A DNA stretch of 64,000 nt from Vulcanimicrobiales bacterium (lineage in GTDB: Bacteria > Vulcanimicrobiota > Vulcanimicrobiia > Vulcanimicrobiales > Vulcanimicrobiaceae): positions 128,001 to 192,000 of the forward strand of contig JBBRLI010000004.1 of assembly GCA_038231455.1 (NCBI GenBank), given 5' to 3'. Both the position numbers and the translations under genes were made by a program. The notes beneath the pieces are model-generated. The model was not told the origin of the DNA, made no database searches, and saw only the letters and a list, made by a program, of their open reading frames with translations. How positions within the stretch are numbered: position 1 is the stretch's first letter; every line of letters begins with the position of its first letter. This document shows, in pieces, positions 9,798 through 19,353 of the stretch.

Positions 9798-11207
9798 TTG
9801 GACGCATCGTTGCCAGCTCGCCTTCGCCTCCTCTTTGCTGCCGTCATCGTCTTGCTCGCCTCGCTCGGAGGCGCCGCCTATATCAGCCGAGCGTCGGCCG
9901 ACACGGCGCCTACGCTTGCCGGGAACGCAAGCGGCATCGACCTGCGTTCGCTCTCGCTTGCCGGGCGCGATACCAACCAGCAGATGCTCGACATGTCGTT
10001 CCAGCGCGTTGAAGACGTCTTCTACAAACCGGTCAACGCGCAGACCCTGCTCAGCGGTGAGCGCAAGGCGCTCATCGATTTCCTGAAGTCGCGCAAGGTG
10101 AAGAACCCAAGCGTCCCCGCAATGACGGCGACGGGCGATCAGATGCACGATCTCTCGGTCGCGCAGTCCACGGTCAAAGCCGTCGAAGCGCTCTATCCGA
10201 AATCGGCAACGAAAGCGGAATACACGCAGTACGCGATCGCCGGTATCATGAGTTCGCTCAACGATCCGTATACGACGTATCTAACGAAGCACGACATCAA
10301 CGGATTGCAAGAGCAGCTCAAAGGCGGCGACTTCGGCGGCATCGGCGTCTACATCCAGCAGGATCCGAAGACCAAGAACATCCTCGCGCAGCCGATCGAT
10401 GGAAATCCCGCGATAAAAGCGGGCGTGAAGATCGGCGATGTCATCGACCGTGTCGACGGTAAGGCCGTGCGCGGTATGAAGCTCGACTCCGTCGAGAGCA
10501 TCATCCGCGGCCCGATCGGCAGCGTCGTTTCGCTCGACGTGCATGGCATGACGAATAAGGCTCCGCGAACGGTGAAAGTCACGCGCGCGCAAGTTCACGT
10601 TCCGTCGATTCTTGCAAAGAACGAGAACGGGATCGAATACGTGCGCCTGGCTGACTTCGGTCAGAGCTCCGCCGAAGAAGTGAAGAACGCGCTGCTCGAG
10701 GGCAAGAAGCACAACGTCCACGGCTACATTCTCGATCTGCGGTACAACGGCGGCGGCCTTTTGGATGCCGCTGTTGACATCAGCTCGCTCTTTATCAAGA
10801 GCGGTACGATCGTCTCCACGATCGACCGCGCCGGCAACAAAGAATCCAAAGCCGCCACGGGCGATGCGATCGGGACGCTGCCGCTTGTGATTCTCGTCAA
10901 TCGCTACACGGCCAGCGCATCGGAGATCACCGCAGGCGCGGTGCAAGATTATCGCGTCGGCACGCTGGTCGGCGAGAAAACATTCGGGAAAGGCGTCGTA
11001 CAGAGTCTCTACAATTTGCCCGACGCATCCGCTCTGAAAATCACGACGGCGCGTTACGTCACGCCCCTCGGACGCGACATCCACCACAAAGGCATCGTGC
11101 CCGATGTCGTCGTTCCACAGCGCGTCGATATTCCGCTCATCGACGGCCCCGGTGACAAACAACTCGCCGCTGCAAAAGCGATCATCAATCGCAAAGGGAA
11201 ATCGTGA
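9798..11207 (+). CDS. ctpA: Carboxyl-terminal processing protease, S41 family (copy 1)
   Basis: DPYTTY, GGIG PDZ entry, LDLRYNGGG, ASASE, TFGKGVVQ. Confidence 0.92.
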   Translation: MDASLPARLRLLFAAVIVLLASLGGAAYISRASADTAPTLAGNASGIDLRSLSLAGRDTNQQMLDMSFQRVEDVFYKPVNAQTLLSGERKALIDFLKSRKVKNPSVPAMTATGDQMHDLSVAQSTVKAVEALYPKSATKAEYTQYAIAGIMSSLNDPYTTYLTKHDINGLQEQLKGGDFGGIGVYIQQDPKTKNILAQPIDGNPAIKAGVKIGDVIDRVDGKAVRGMKLDSVESIIRGPIGSVVSLDVHGMTNKAPRTVKVTRAQVHVPSILAKNENGIEYVRLADFGQSSAEEVKNALLEGKKHNVHGYILDLRYNGGGLLDAAVDISSLFIKSGTIVSTIDRAGNKESKAATGDAIGTLPLVILVNRYTASASEITAGAVQDYRVGTLVGEKTFGKGVVQSLYNLPDASALKITTARYVTPLGRDIHHKGIVPDVVVPQRVDIPLIDGPGDKQLAAAKAIINRKGKS

Positions 11208-12583
11208 AACGCATCATTCCGCTCGCCATCATCCTGACGCTGCTCGCAACGACGACGCACGCGCCCGCTGCCGCCCCGATTCTCGGTCAATCCGAGCGTG
11301 AAGCGCTGGTTACGAGCTACGAACATCTCGTCGGTGACTTCTATAAGAAAGTCGACGGCGGCGCTGCCGTTACCGGCGCACACGATTCACTCATTGCGTT
11401 TTTGAAAAAAAAGGGCATCGCAAATCCGACGATCTCGCCGGTGAGCGTCGGCGCTGACGACAACGTCAACGAGCGCGAACTCCAGCGCGAAGTAGCAGCC
11501 GCGGTTACGACGTACGGTGCCAAATTCGGCGCCCGCGATTTGACGTACGCAGCGCTCGATGGCGTGCTCGGTTCGGTCAAAGACAAATACACAGTGTTCC
11601 TTACGCCCAAGCAATTTGCCGACCTCAACGAAGGACTCGACGGTGGCGCGAACTTCGGCGGCGTCGGCCTCGCCTATCACGCCGATTCGCCCGACGACAA
11701 AACGGTAACGGGCGTGAGCGGCGTGCACGTGGAGAATGTCATTCCCGACGGACCGGCCGATAAAGCCGGCGTGCTCACCGGCGATATCATCACTGCCGTT
11801 GACGGCCATCTCATCAAAGATCTCGATCACTCAAGCGCCGAGAAACTCTACGCGGCGATCACGAAACTCTTGCGCGGCGACGCGAACACCGCGGTCACAC
11901 TAAGCATCATTCGCGCCGACGGACCGATCGCACCGATCGTGGTCACCCGCGCGATGATCCATCCGCCAAGCGTGTACTCAAAGCTGCTGCCCAGCGGTAT
12001 CGGCTATGCGCAGCTCACCGTCTTCGGCCAAGCTACAGCAAACGAACTCACCACCGCCCTCACGCGCCTGCAAGCGCAGGGCGCAAAAGCCTACATCCTC
12101 GATCTGCGCAACAACGGCGGCGGATACCTCACGACGGCCGTCGACGTCAGCTCGAAGTTCGTTGCGAGCGGTCCGATCGTCTCGGTCGAATCGCGCGCGG
12201 GCAACAACACCGAATACGATGCGGAGAATACGGCCGTAAAACCGCTGCCGCTCGCCGTGCTCGTCAATCGCTATACCGCATCGGCTTCAGAGATCACCGC
12301 GGGCGCGATTCAGGATAGCGGTGTCGGAACGCTCATCGGCGAGAAGACCTACGGGAAAGGCGTCGTCCAAACGATCTTCCCGATGCGCGATGGCTCGGCG
12401 ATCAAGATCACAACGCAGCGCTACTTCACACCGCATGGCCGCGATATCAACGGCGTCGGTATTCAGCCGGACGTCGCCGCGGTGCAGAACAAAAACTACC
12501 GACTCGGCGATCCCACCGCTGACGACGTGCTCAAACAGGCTGTCGGCTTTCTCCAGGGGAAAATTACCGCACTCAGTCAGTAA
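11204..12583 (+). CDS. ctpA: Carboxyl-terminal processing protease, S41 family (copy 2)
   Basis: LDLRNNGGG, ASASE, TYGKGVVQ; GTGA overlap with copy 1. Confidence 0.92.
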   Translation: MKRIIPLAIILTLLATTTHAPAAAPILGQSEREALVTSYEHLVGDFYKKVDGGAAVTGAHDSLIAFLKKKGIANPTISPVSVGADDNVNERELQREVAAAVTTYGAKFGARDLTYAALDGVLGSVKDKYTVFLTPKQFADLNEGLDGGANFGGVGLAYHADSPDDKTVTGVSGVHVENVIPDGPADKAGVLTGDIITAVDGHLIKDLDHSSAEKLYAAITKLLRGDANTAVTLSIIRADGPIAPIVVTRAMIHPPSVYSKLLPSGIGYAQLTVFGQATANELTTALTRLQAQGAKAYILDLRNNGGGYLTTAVDVSSKFVASGPIVSVESRAGNNTEYDAENTAVKPLPLAVLVNRYTASASEITAGAIQDSGVGTLIGEKTYGKGVVQTIFPMRDGSAIKITTQRYFTPHGRDINGVGIQPDVAAVQNKNYRLGDPTADDVLKQAVGFLQGKITALSQ

Positions 12584-13244
12584 ACAGTTTGCGTTCGATT
12601 TGAGCGAATGAATCGAACGGGCGGAATGCTAGGCCGCGCTTGGCGAGATACGTCTCGAGAGCGCGGCCTTTTTTTGCAAAGCGAATGTCGGCGATCTCCG
12701 CGGCCGCATAGTCCGAGAGGCCATCGCCAATGAAGACGGTCCGTTCGCCGCGCGCTTTTGCTTCCCGGACGTGCACGGTCTTGTCGTGGCCGTGGTCGGT
12801 TGCATCGCGGAATGTCATAACCCAACCAGTCGGTTCGTAGCCAACATCGTTTGCGAGAATCTCGATCTCGGGAACACCTGCACGCGCGAGGTTGGCGCGC
12901 ATGAGCGAGCCGATCCCGGCGCTCAGAATCGTCGTGCTCGCGCCGTGTTCGCGCGCATGCTCGAGGAACGATGAAAACGTCGGATCGACGATTGCGGCGA
13001 CCGCAAGATACGCAAGTGCGTCGGCTTGCGATCCGGTAAGTGCGAGTGCCTGGCGGCGTAAGGCCTCGCGGAGGGTGATCTCGCCGCGCACGAGCGCACC
13101 GTCGAGTTCGTGCCAGAGCGCTTCACCCGCCGCGTGACGCACGAGCACATCGAAGGTGTCAACATTCGTGATCGTGCCGTCGTAGTCGATGAAAATGGAA
13201 AGCGCGCCCGTTTGGGGCGCGCTTTCGGCTTGATGGAGATCCAC
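12573..13244 (-). CDS. HAD-IB phosphatase, MtnX-like
   Basis: DYDGTIT motif I, LSAG, and IGDGLSD motif IV. Confidence 0.8.
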   Translation of the reverse strand: MDLHQAESAPQTGALSIFIDYDGTITNVDTFDVLVRHAAGEALWHELDGALVRGEITLREALRRQALALTGSQADALAYLAVAAIVDPTFSSFLEHAREHGASTTILSAGIGSLMRANLARAGVPEIEILANDVGYEPTGWVMTFRDATDHGHDKTVHVREAKARGERTVFIGDGLSDYAAAEIADIRFAKKGRALETYLAKRGLAFRPFDSFAQIERKLFTD

Positions 13245-13251
13245 GCGTGTC

Positions 13252-16200
13252 CTAGGACTTTTTGCGCGCGGTTTTTTTCTTAGCGGTATCGCTTGCCGCG
13301 CGCTTGGAGGTGGACAACGCGCCGGCCGCCTTCTTCGCGGGAGCTTTCGTGGCCGTTGCTTTTGGCGCGGGTGTTTTTACCGCCGTTGCTTTCGCAGCGG
13401 TCGCTTTGCGCGCCGGTGCTTTCTTCGCGACCGCGGGTTCGGTTGCGGCTTTCTTCGCAGCGGCGACACGCTTGGGGGCGGCCGCAGCGGCTTTTCGAAC
13501 GGAAGCAGCCCGCGCCGTCGGCGCATCGGCGTCTGCGCTTGCCGCTTTGCGCGTACGCTTCGGTGCTTCGGCAGCGGGAGCGGGAAGCGCGGCGAGCGTT
13601 TTCGATGCTATCGCCGGAGCCGGACCGCGCGTTGCAACTCCGGTAGCACGCCTACGAGCCGGAGTCGTCACTTTGAGGTCATCGGCGGGAGCCGGGATGA
13701 TGCGTTTGGGCGCATCGAGTGCAACGGCACCGCGACGGCTATCGATGCGAGCGATCGCACGCGAGGGTTCCTTTGGAGCAACGTCACCCGTGGGGTGCGC
13801 TGCGCCATCGGCGCCGACGCGGAAGATCTGACGATCCGGCGAGACCGGAGCGCCGTTTTGAGCCGCGACATCGGCGCCACCACGTCCGCGACGACGACGA
13901 CGGCGACGTTTGCGACGCACGTCTCCATCGGCGGCGACGCCGGTGAGACCCTGGACTTCGGCCTGATCGCCATCATCTTCGTCTTCGGTGTCCGCGTCAT
14001 CATCGAGCACGGCCCCATTGTTCAGCGCCGGGTTCGCGCCAACCGCCGCATCGGCACCGACACCACCGCGTCCGCGGCGACGACGGCGACGGCGCTTCCG
14101 GCCGGGCGCGCCGTCCTCGCCTTCGGCAGCGGGAACAGCGTTCGCAGCCGCCGGTTGCGGGCGCGGGGCGGGCGCGGGACGTTCGGTTTGATAGCCGCGC
14201 TCGGCAGCAGCCGCTGCAAAGTCCACGACTTTGGCGGAGACGAGATTGCCCGAAAGCGTCTCGCCGGGAAGTTTGGCGACTTTGTCGCCGGAGAGCGACT
14301 CGCCCGGGAACACCGTGCGCAGCCCGGAGCCCGCTGACGCAGCCGGAGCCGCGGGGCGAGGAGCAAACGGAACGGGCGCCGCGGGTGTCTCGGCACTGCG
14401 CTCGGCGCGGTCGCGACCCGGACGGTCCGTGCGATCGCGGCGTCCGCCACGCTCGCGCGGCGCCGGTGCGCCATCGTCCTCGCCTGCCGCGGCGCGCGCC
14501 GCCGCGGCAGCGGCCGCGGCAATCGCGATTTGCGCTTCATCGGCGAGTTTGTTTGCATCTTCGGCATCGGCCTCGGCTTGCGTCGAGATGCCGATTGCCG
14601 TACGCACTTCGAGGCCGCGCGCCGCTTCTTCGGCCAGTTCGCGCAGCTCTTCGGCTTGCTCGGCAGCCGTGAGTTCTTTCTTGCGTCCGCGTCCGCCGCG
14701 ACGACGACGTTTCTTCGCCGCCCCATCGGCACTTGCAGCAGCGGGAACGCCCACGCCGCCCGAACGCGGTTCGGCCAGAATATCGTCGCCATCGACGTCG
14801 ATCACTTTGATTTTGATCGTGTGGCCCGCGATGTTTGCCGAATTTTCCACTTCGACGAGGCGGCCGTTGACAACCGCAACCGCTGAAGTTGCGTTGGGCA
14901 TGCGCGTATTGAGGAGTTCGACTTCGAACTCATCGCCCACGCGAACGGCGGCAGCTTCTGTTTTCTCGGCTCCGCGCACCAGCACCGGTTTCTCCGGATG
15001 GATCGCGGGGTCGACGCGCACGTCGATCGTCGTGCCGATTTGCTCGGCGAGTTTTTGAAGTTCGGTCTCGTACCAGTATTCGACTTGCGCACCGACGATC
15101 GGGGCGGCGTGAATGTGCACGGGTTCGTTCTTGCCGTTCGATTCGAAGGCGATCTTCCGGAAGGTCGAGATCGTCACCGATTCCGGTGACATGACGGTTC
15201 CGATACCGCTGCACGTCGGGCACGCGCCGCGGAGCTGGCCCGCAAGATCCTTGCCGACGCGCTTACGCGTGAACTCGAGGAGTCCGAGCGGTGAGAACGA
15301 CTGAATCGTCGTTCGTGTACGGTCTTTTTTGAGGCCCTGTTCGAGGGTCGCGATAACTTTCGTGCGCGCCGACTCCGAGTTCATGTCGATGAAATCGCAG
15401 ACGATGATGCCGCCGATGTCGCGCAGGCGCACTTGGCGCGCGATCTCTGCAGCCGCTTCTACGTTGGTTTTTACGATCGTATCTTCGAGATTCTTGCCGC
15501 CGGTGAATTTACCGGAGTTCACGTCGATGACGGTGAGGGCTTCGGTCGTTTCGATGACGATCGAACCACCCGATGGCAAATTCACTTTGGGGCGCAGCAG
15601 CTTTGCCATCTCGTCGTCGATTTTGTAATCGCCGTAGAGTTTGCGGCCGCCGGGATAGGCCTGAATGCGATCGACGTACTGCGGTCCGAGCAGACGCATG
15701 AAGTCCTTCACGCGCTCGGCTTCTTCCGGATCGTCGATGAACACGTTCTCGACTTCGGGCGTGATGAAATCGCGCGCCGCTTTGAAAACGAGATTCATGT
15801 CTTTGTGGAGGAGCGCGGGCGAAGCCGAGCGCTTGTAATTCTCAAGGATGCCGTGCCACATGCGAATGAGCACGCCAAGGTCGGCGATGAGCTCGGCCTG
15901 GCTAACACCGGCCGCCGCCGTGCGCACGACCGTTGCCATGCCTTCGGGGCGAATCACTTTGAGCAGCTGCTTGAGACGGTTACGTTCGTCGGCCGACTCG
16001 ATCTTGCGCGAGACGCCCGAGTACTTGCCCGTCGGCATCAAGATGAGGTAGCGGCCCAGCAGCGAGATGTTCGTCGAGATGCGGGCGCCTTTAAGGCCGC
16101 GCGGCTCCTTGACGATCTGCACGAGGACATCGTCCCCGCGGCTGACTTTTTCGTTGATCGCCCAGCCGGTGCGGCCTTGGGTGATCTCGACGTCGCCGAT

Positions 16201-16431
16201 ATTGAGCGGCGTCTTGTTGATGTCATCGACGTAGAGGAACGCGTTGCGTCCCAGTCCGATGTCGACAAAACTCGCTCCCATACCGGGGAGCACGTTTTGA
16301 ACTTTGCCTTTGAAGATCGAGCCGATGACTTTTTCTTCACGCTCGACGTAGAGTTCGGCGAGAGTCCCATCCTCGAGGATCGCGACGCGGTTCTCCCACG
16401 GATCGCTCGAAATGAGAATGTTGGTTGGCAC
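13252..16431 (-). CDS. rne: Ribonuclease E/G with long disordered Arg/Ala/Lys-rich C-terminal region
   Basis: S1 domain, TEALTVIDVNSG, RLRDIGGIIVCDFIDM, CPTCSG Zn-link; AGGAAAGG SD before GTG. Confidence 0.93.
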   Translation of the reverse strand: MPTNILISSDPWENRVAILEDGTLAELYVEREEKVIGSIFKGKVQNVLPGMGASFVDIGLGRNAFLYVDDINKTPLNIGDVEITQGRTGWAINEKVSRGDDVLVQIVKEPRGLKGARISTNISLLGRYLILMPTGKYSGVSRKIESADERNRLKQLLKVIRPEGMATVVRTAAAGVSQAELIADLGVLIRMWHGILENYKRSASPALLHKDMNLVFKAARDFITPEVENVFIDDPEEAERVKDFMRLLGPQYVDRIQAYPGGRKLYGDYKIDDEMAKLLRPKVNLPSGGSIVIETTEALTVIDVNSGKFTGGKNLEDTIVKTNVEAAAEIARQVRLRDIGGIIVCDFIDMNSESARTKVIATLEQGLKKDRTRTTIQSFSPLGLLEFTRKRVGKDLAGQLRGACPTCSGIGTVMSPESVTISTFRKIAFESNGKNEPVHIHAAPIVGAQVEYWYETELQKLAEQIGTTIDVRVDPAIHPEKPVLVRGAEKTEAAAVRVGDEFEVELLNTRMPNATSAVAVVNGRLVEVENSANIAGHTIKIKVIDVDGDDILAEPRSGGVGVPAAASADGAAKKRRRRGGRGRKKELTAAEQAEELRELAEEAARGLEVRTAIGISTQAEADAEDANKLADEAQIAIAAAAAAAARAAAGEDDGAPAPRERGGRRDRTDRPGRDRAERSAETPAAPVPFAPRPAAPAASAGSGLRTVFPGESLSGDKVAKLPGETLSGNLVSAKVVDFAAAAAERGYQTERPAPAPRPQPAAANAVPAAEGEDGAPGRKRRRRRRRGRGGVGADAAVGANPALNNGAVLDDDADTEDEDDGDQAEVQGLTGVAADGDVRRKRRRRRRRGRGGADVAAQNGAPVSPDRQIFRVGADGAAHPTGDVAPKEPSRAIARIDSRRGAVALDAPKRIIPAPADDLKVTTPARRRATGVATRGPAPAIASKTLAALPAPAAEAPKRTRKAASADADAPTARAASVRKAAAAAPKRVAAAKKAATEPAVAKKAPARKATAAKATAVKTPAPKATATKAPAKKAAGALSTSKRAASDTAKKKTARKKS

Positions 16432-16725
16432 GAGTGGTCGCCTTTCCTGACGGTCACCACGCTCGCACGTTCACCCCGCGATGCGCCCCCGTACGCGCCG
16501 CAATACGGCCGCGCTCTGGCGACGGAGATCGAGCGGGTGCGCGATCTGCGCAGCCCCGTTTCCTATAATGCTTGAAAGCTTGCCCCTAAGCCGACGGTCC
16601 AAGCGCGACAATAGCCGGCGCGACCCGAAGACTTGGGATGGGGCGCTGTTCATGGGGCTGGCCAATTGGTCCTTTACGCGCGACCGACTGCCACCCACGC
16701 TCGGAAGATTTTGGCGAGCCAGAAG

Positions 16726-16789
16726 CGTAGCTGGATTGATTCGGTATCGTAGCTAAATTGGTGCAATACCGTAGCTTTTATGATACACT
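16726..16789 (+). promoter_or_regulatory. Three CGTAGCT direct repeats at 22-bp period plus an extended -10 (TGaTACACT) of a probable leaderless promoter
   Basis: CGTAGCT starts at 16726, 16748 and 16770. TACACT at 16784-16789 lies 6 nt before ATG 16796, with no SD. Confidence 0.65.
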
Positions 16790-16795
16790 CGGACC

Positions 16796-17134
16796 ATGAC
16801 AGCCGGTCAGCTCTTCGGCGGGCGCCTGCGAACTCAGACGCTTTACGCCATCTCTGCTCTCAAAGACACGTATGCCACCGAGATCGCCAAAGCGATTGGC
16901 GCGCATCGCCCCAACGTGCAACGGCTCCTCGATGCACTGGAAACCGACGGCATCATCGTGAGCCGCGGCGAGCGCGTTCGCCGCGTTTCTCTTAATCCAC
17001 GATTTGTGGCGGCTCGCGAACTTGCGATGCTCCTGGAACGCCTGGTCGATTCCGATCCGGAATTCATGGACCGACTCGGTGAGCTACGCCGGCGGCCACG
17101 CCGTCCCGGAAAAGCCGTCGTGCCCCCGGCATGA
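16796..17134 (+). CDS. Winged-helix DNA-binding protein
   Basis: YATEIAKAIG..VQRLLDALETDGIIVSR HTH pattern; basic tail RRRPRRPGK. Confidence 0.8.
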   Translation: MTAGQLFGGRLRTQTLYAISALKDTYATEIAKAIGAHRPNVQRLLDALETDGIIVSRGERVRRVSLNPRFVAARELAMLLERLVDSDPEFMDRLGELRRRPRRPGKAVVPPA

Positions 17135-17676
17135 CGCTTCGAGACGTCTGCTTTCACATAGCAAAGATACTCGACGAGGCATCGATCAAGGCGACACTAA
17201 CAGGCGGAGCGGCCGCGACGATCTACGCGCCGGACGCGATCAGTTCACAAGACGCCGATTTCATCTTGTCTTTTTCCGGTGATTCCAAAGCAGCTCATGA
17301 TGCGCTGACGAATGCAGGCTATAGCCTTCGCAACGGAATGTATGAGAGCAATAAACATCCGTTCACCGTCGAATTTCCTCGCGGCCCACTAGCGATCGGA
17401 TCGACGAACGAGCCCATCGAGACAATCGAAATTTCTGAAGGCGATTCACGGCTGAGCCTTCTCTCCGTAACCGACTGCATAAAAGATCGACTCGCCGGCT
17501 ACTACGCATGGGACGATCCCAACTCTCTTCGACAAGCGATCGCCGTTGCGAAGGCTAACGCCGACCTCATCGAACTGCCGCGCTTACGCAAGTGGAGCGA
17601 AGCCGAAGATCGCATTGATTCGTCGATGCGCGCGCTAACCAAATTCCAGCGGTTCGTAAACCGCCTCGATTCTTAG
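17131..17676 (+). CDS. Putative nucleotidyltransferase (Pol beta superfamily, AbiEii-like)
   Basis: LTGGAAATIY...SQDADF (GG...S.DxD pattern); ATGA overlap with the HTH gene; visibly more AT-rich than its neighbours. Confidence 0.65.
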   Translation: MTLRDVCFHIAKILDEASIKATLTGGAAATIYAPDAISSQDADFILSFSGDSKAAHDALTNAGYSLRNGMYESNKHPFTVEFPRGPLAIGSTNEPIETIEISEGDSRLSLLSVTDCIKDRLAGYYAWDDPNSLRQAIAVAKANADLIELPRLRKWSEAEDRIDSSMRALTKFQRFVNRLDS

Positions 17677-17734
17677 GTGTACGACCGCACTTCGCGACTC
17701 CAACGGCGCTTGGCGCTAGCCGCCGCACTTGAGT

Positions 17735-18835
17735 TTAGAAAACGAGTTTATCTCGCTGCATTGCGATGTTGAGCAGCACGCCGACGGCAAGATAGTCGGT
17801 GAGAATCGCGCTTCCGCCGTAACTCATGAACGGCAGCGGGATGCCGGTGATCGGCATGATGCCGATCGTCATGCCGATGTTGATGATCATGTGGAAGGCG
17901 AGCATTGCGACAAGACCGACGCCGAGCAGTACGCCGAAGCGGTCACGTGCCGCGAAGATTGCGCGGATGCCGCCGGCGATGATGATCGCGTAGAGTGCGA
18001 CGAGGATCATTGCACCGAGGTAGCCGACTTCTTCGCCGACAACCGTGAAGATGAAGTCGCGCGAATGTTCCGGTACAAAATTGAGTTGCGTCTGCGTGCC
18101 GTGGAAGAGCCCTTTGCCAAACCACTCGCCACTGCCGACGGCAATCTTTGACTGTCGCAGATTCCAGCCGACGCCTTGTGGATCGGTCGTTGGATTGAGG
18201 AACACGAGCAAGCGCGCTTTTTGAAACGGTTTGAGCAGCTTGTCGCTTGTGAGTACGAACGACGCGACCGCCGCACCGCCGCCCATCACGATCAAGAAAT
18301 CCATCAAGTTCGGCAAACCGAAAAACAATTCGGCGAGCAAAATCGTCACGATGACGAGCGTCGTACCGAGATCCGGTTGCTTGAGAATGAGCAATGCGGG
18401 GATTGCAACTGCGGCAAGCGGGAGCAGCAACTCTTTAAAATTCTTGTACGTGCCGCGACATAGGAGCGCCGCGATTGCCGCGGCGAGCGCGAACTTCGCG
18501 GGCTCCGATGGCTGGAACGTGCCGAGCGGTCCGAGTGAAATCCAGCGCACGGCGCCGAGTGCGCCGTGGCCCTTCACAAGAATGAACCCGAGCAGGCCGA
18601 CGCAGACGATATAAATTGGTAACGCATAGCGTTGCCAAAAGTGATAGTCGACGAACGAAATGCCGAACATCAGCGCGATGCCGGCGATCGCGTACACCAT
18701 CTGGCGTTTGTATTCCATCGCGGCACTCGGATCGTGCAACGTGGCGGAATGAATGAACACGATCCCCGCGAGCGTGACGAGCACGCACGCTATTGCTAGC
18801 GGCCAGGCAAACGAGGCATACCAGGGACGATCCAC
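17735..18835 (-). CDS. rodA: Rod shape-determining protein RodA (SEDS)
   Basis: FQPSEPAK, KQPDLGT, PEHSRDFIF, GIPLPFMSYGGS; start placed at GTG 18835. Confidence 0.92.
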   Translation of the reverse strand: MDRPWYASFAWPLAIACVLVTLAGIVFIHSATLHDPSAAMEYKRQMVYAIAGIALMFGISFVDYHFWQRYALPIYIVCVGLLGFILVKGHGALGAVRWISLGPLGTFQPSEPAKFALAAAIAALLCRGTYKNFKELLLPLAAVAIPALLILKQPDLGTTLVIVTILLAELFFGLPNLMDFLIVMGGGAAVASFVLTSDKLLKPFQKARLLVFLNPTTDPQGVGWNLRQSKIAVGSGEWFGKGLFHGTQTQLNFVPEHSRDFIFTVVGEEVGYLGAMILVALYAIIIAGGIRAIFAARDRFGVLLGVGLVAMLAFHMIINIGMTIGIMPITGIPLPFMSYGGSAILTDYLAVGVLLNIAMQRDKLVF

Positions 18836-18851
18836 GCCCCTGGCTTCGCGA

Positions 18852-19352
18852 TTAGGTCGCCGGTGCTTGCTGGCTGAGGTTGGGTCGGCGGCGGCGACGC
18901 TTACGCGCCGCCTTCGGCTTGGCCGGTTCGACCGTGCTTGTGACCGTGTCCGCGGGGACGGCGGTCTCGACGGTCGGCGTGACCAGCGCCGTATCGGCCG
19001 CCGCCTGCGGCTCGTGCGCGAGCGCGGCGTGAGCCGGCGTTGCGCTCGAAGGCGGTTCGTAGGGTGGTGCGGTCGGGGAAGCGGGCGGTGTCGATCGTCC
19101 GTTCCGCAGACCCAGGATCGGGATATTTGCGAGCATGGCAACGGCGCTGTCTTGCTGCTCGAAGCTCACGTCGGTGTTGGCGACGTCGACTTCGCAGTAG
19201 CGCGAGATCACCTCGATCAGATCGCGCTTGAGCGACTCGACCACATCGGGTGCAAGCGAGAGATGATCGGAGAGCAGCACGAGACGCAGGCGTTCTTTGG
19301 CAGTTGCGCCGGAGCGTTCGGGTTTGAAGAAGCGGGTGAGAAAGTCGAGCAA
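18852..19352 (-). CDS. minE: Cell division topological specificity factor MinE with C-terminal extension
   Basis: AKERLRLVL and DLIEVISRY; TTG start just after the minD stop, with GGAGG upstream. Confidence 0.9.
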   Translation of the reverse strand: MLDFLTRFFKPERSGATAKERLRLVLLSDHLSLAPDVVESLKRDLIEVISRYCEVDVANTDVSFEQQDSAVAMLANIPILGLRNGRSTPPASPTAPPYEPPSSATPAHAALAHEPQAAADTALVTPTVETAVPADTVTSTVEPAKPKAARKRRRRRPNLSQQAPAT

Positions 19353-19353
19353 T

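Noticed and set aside
16726-16790. Mini-CRISPR or iteron origin
   Set aside because: The repeat core is only 7 bp at a 22-bp period, with no cas or rep gene nearby; an operator array fits better.
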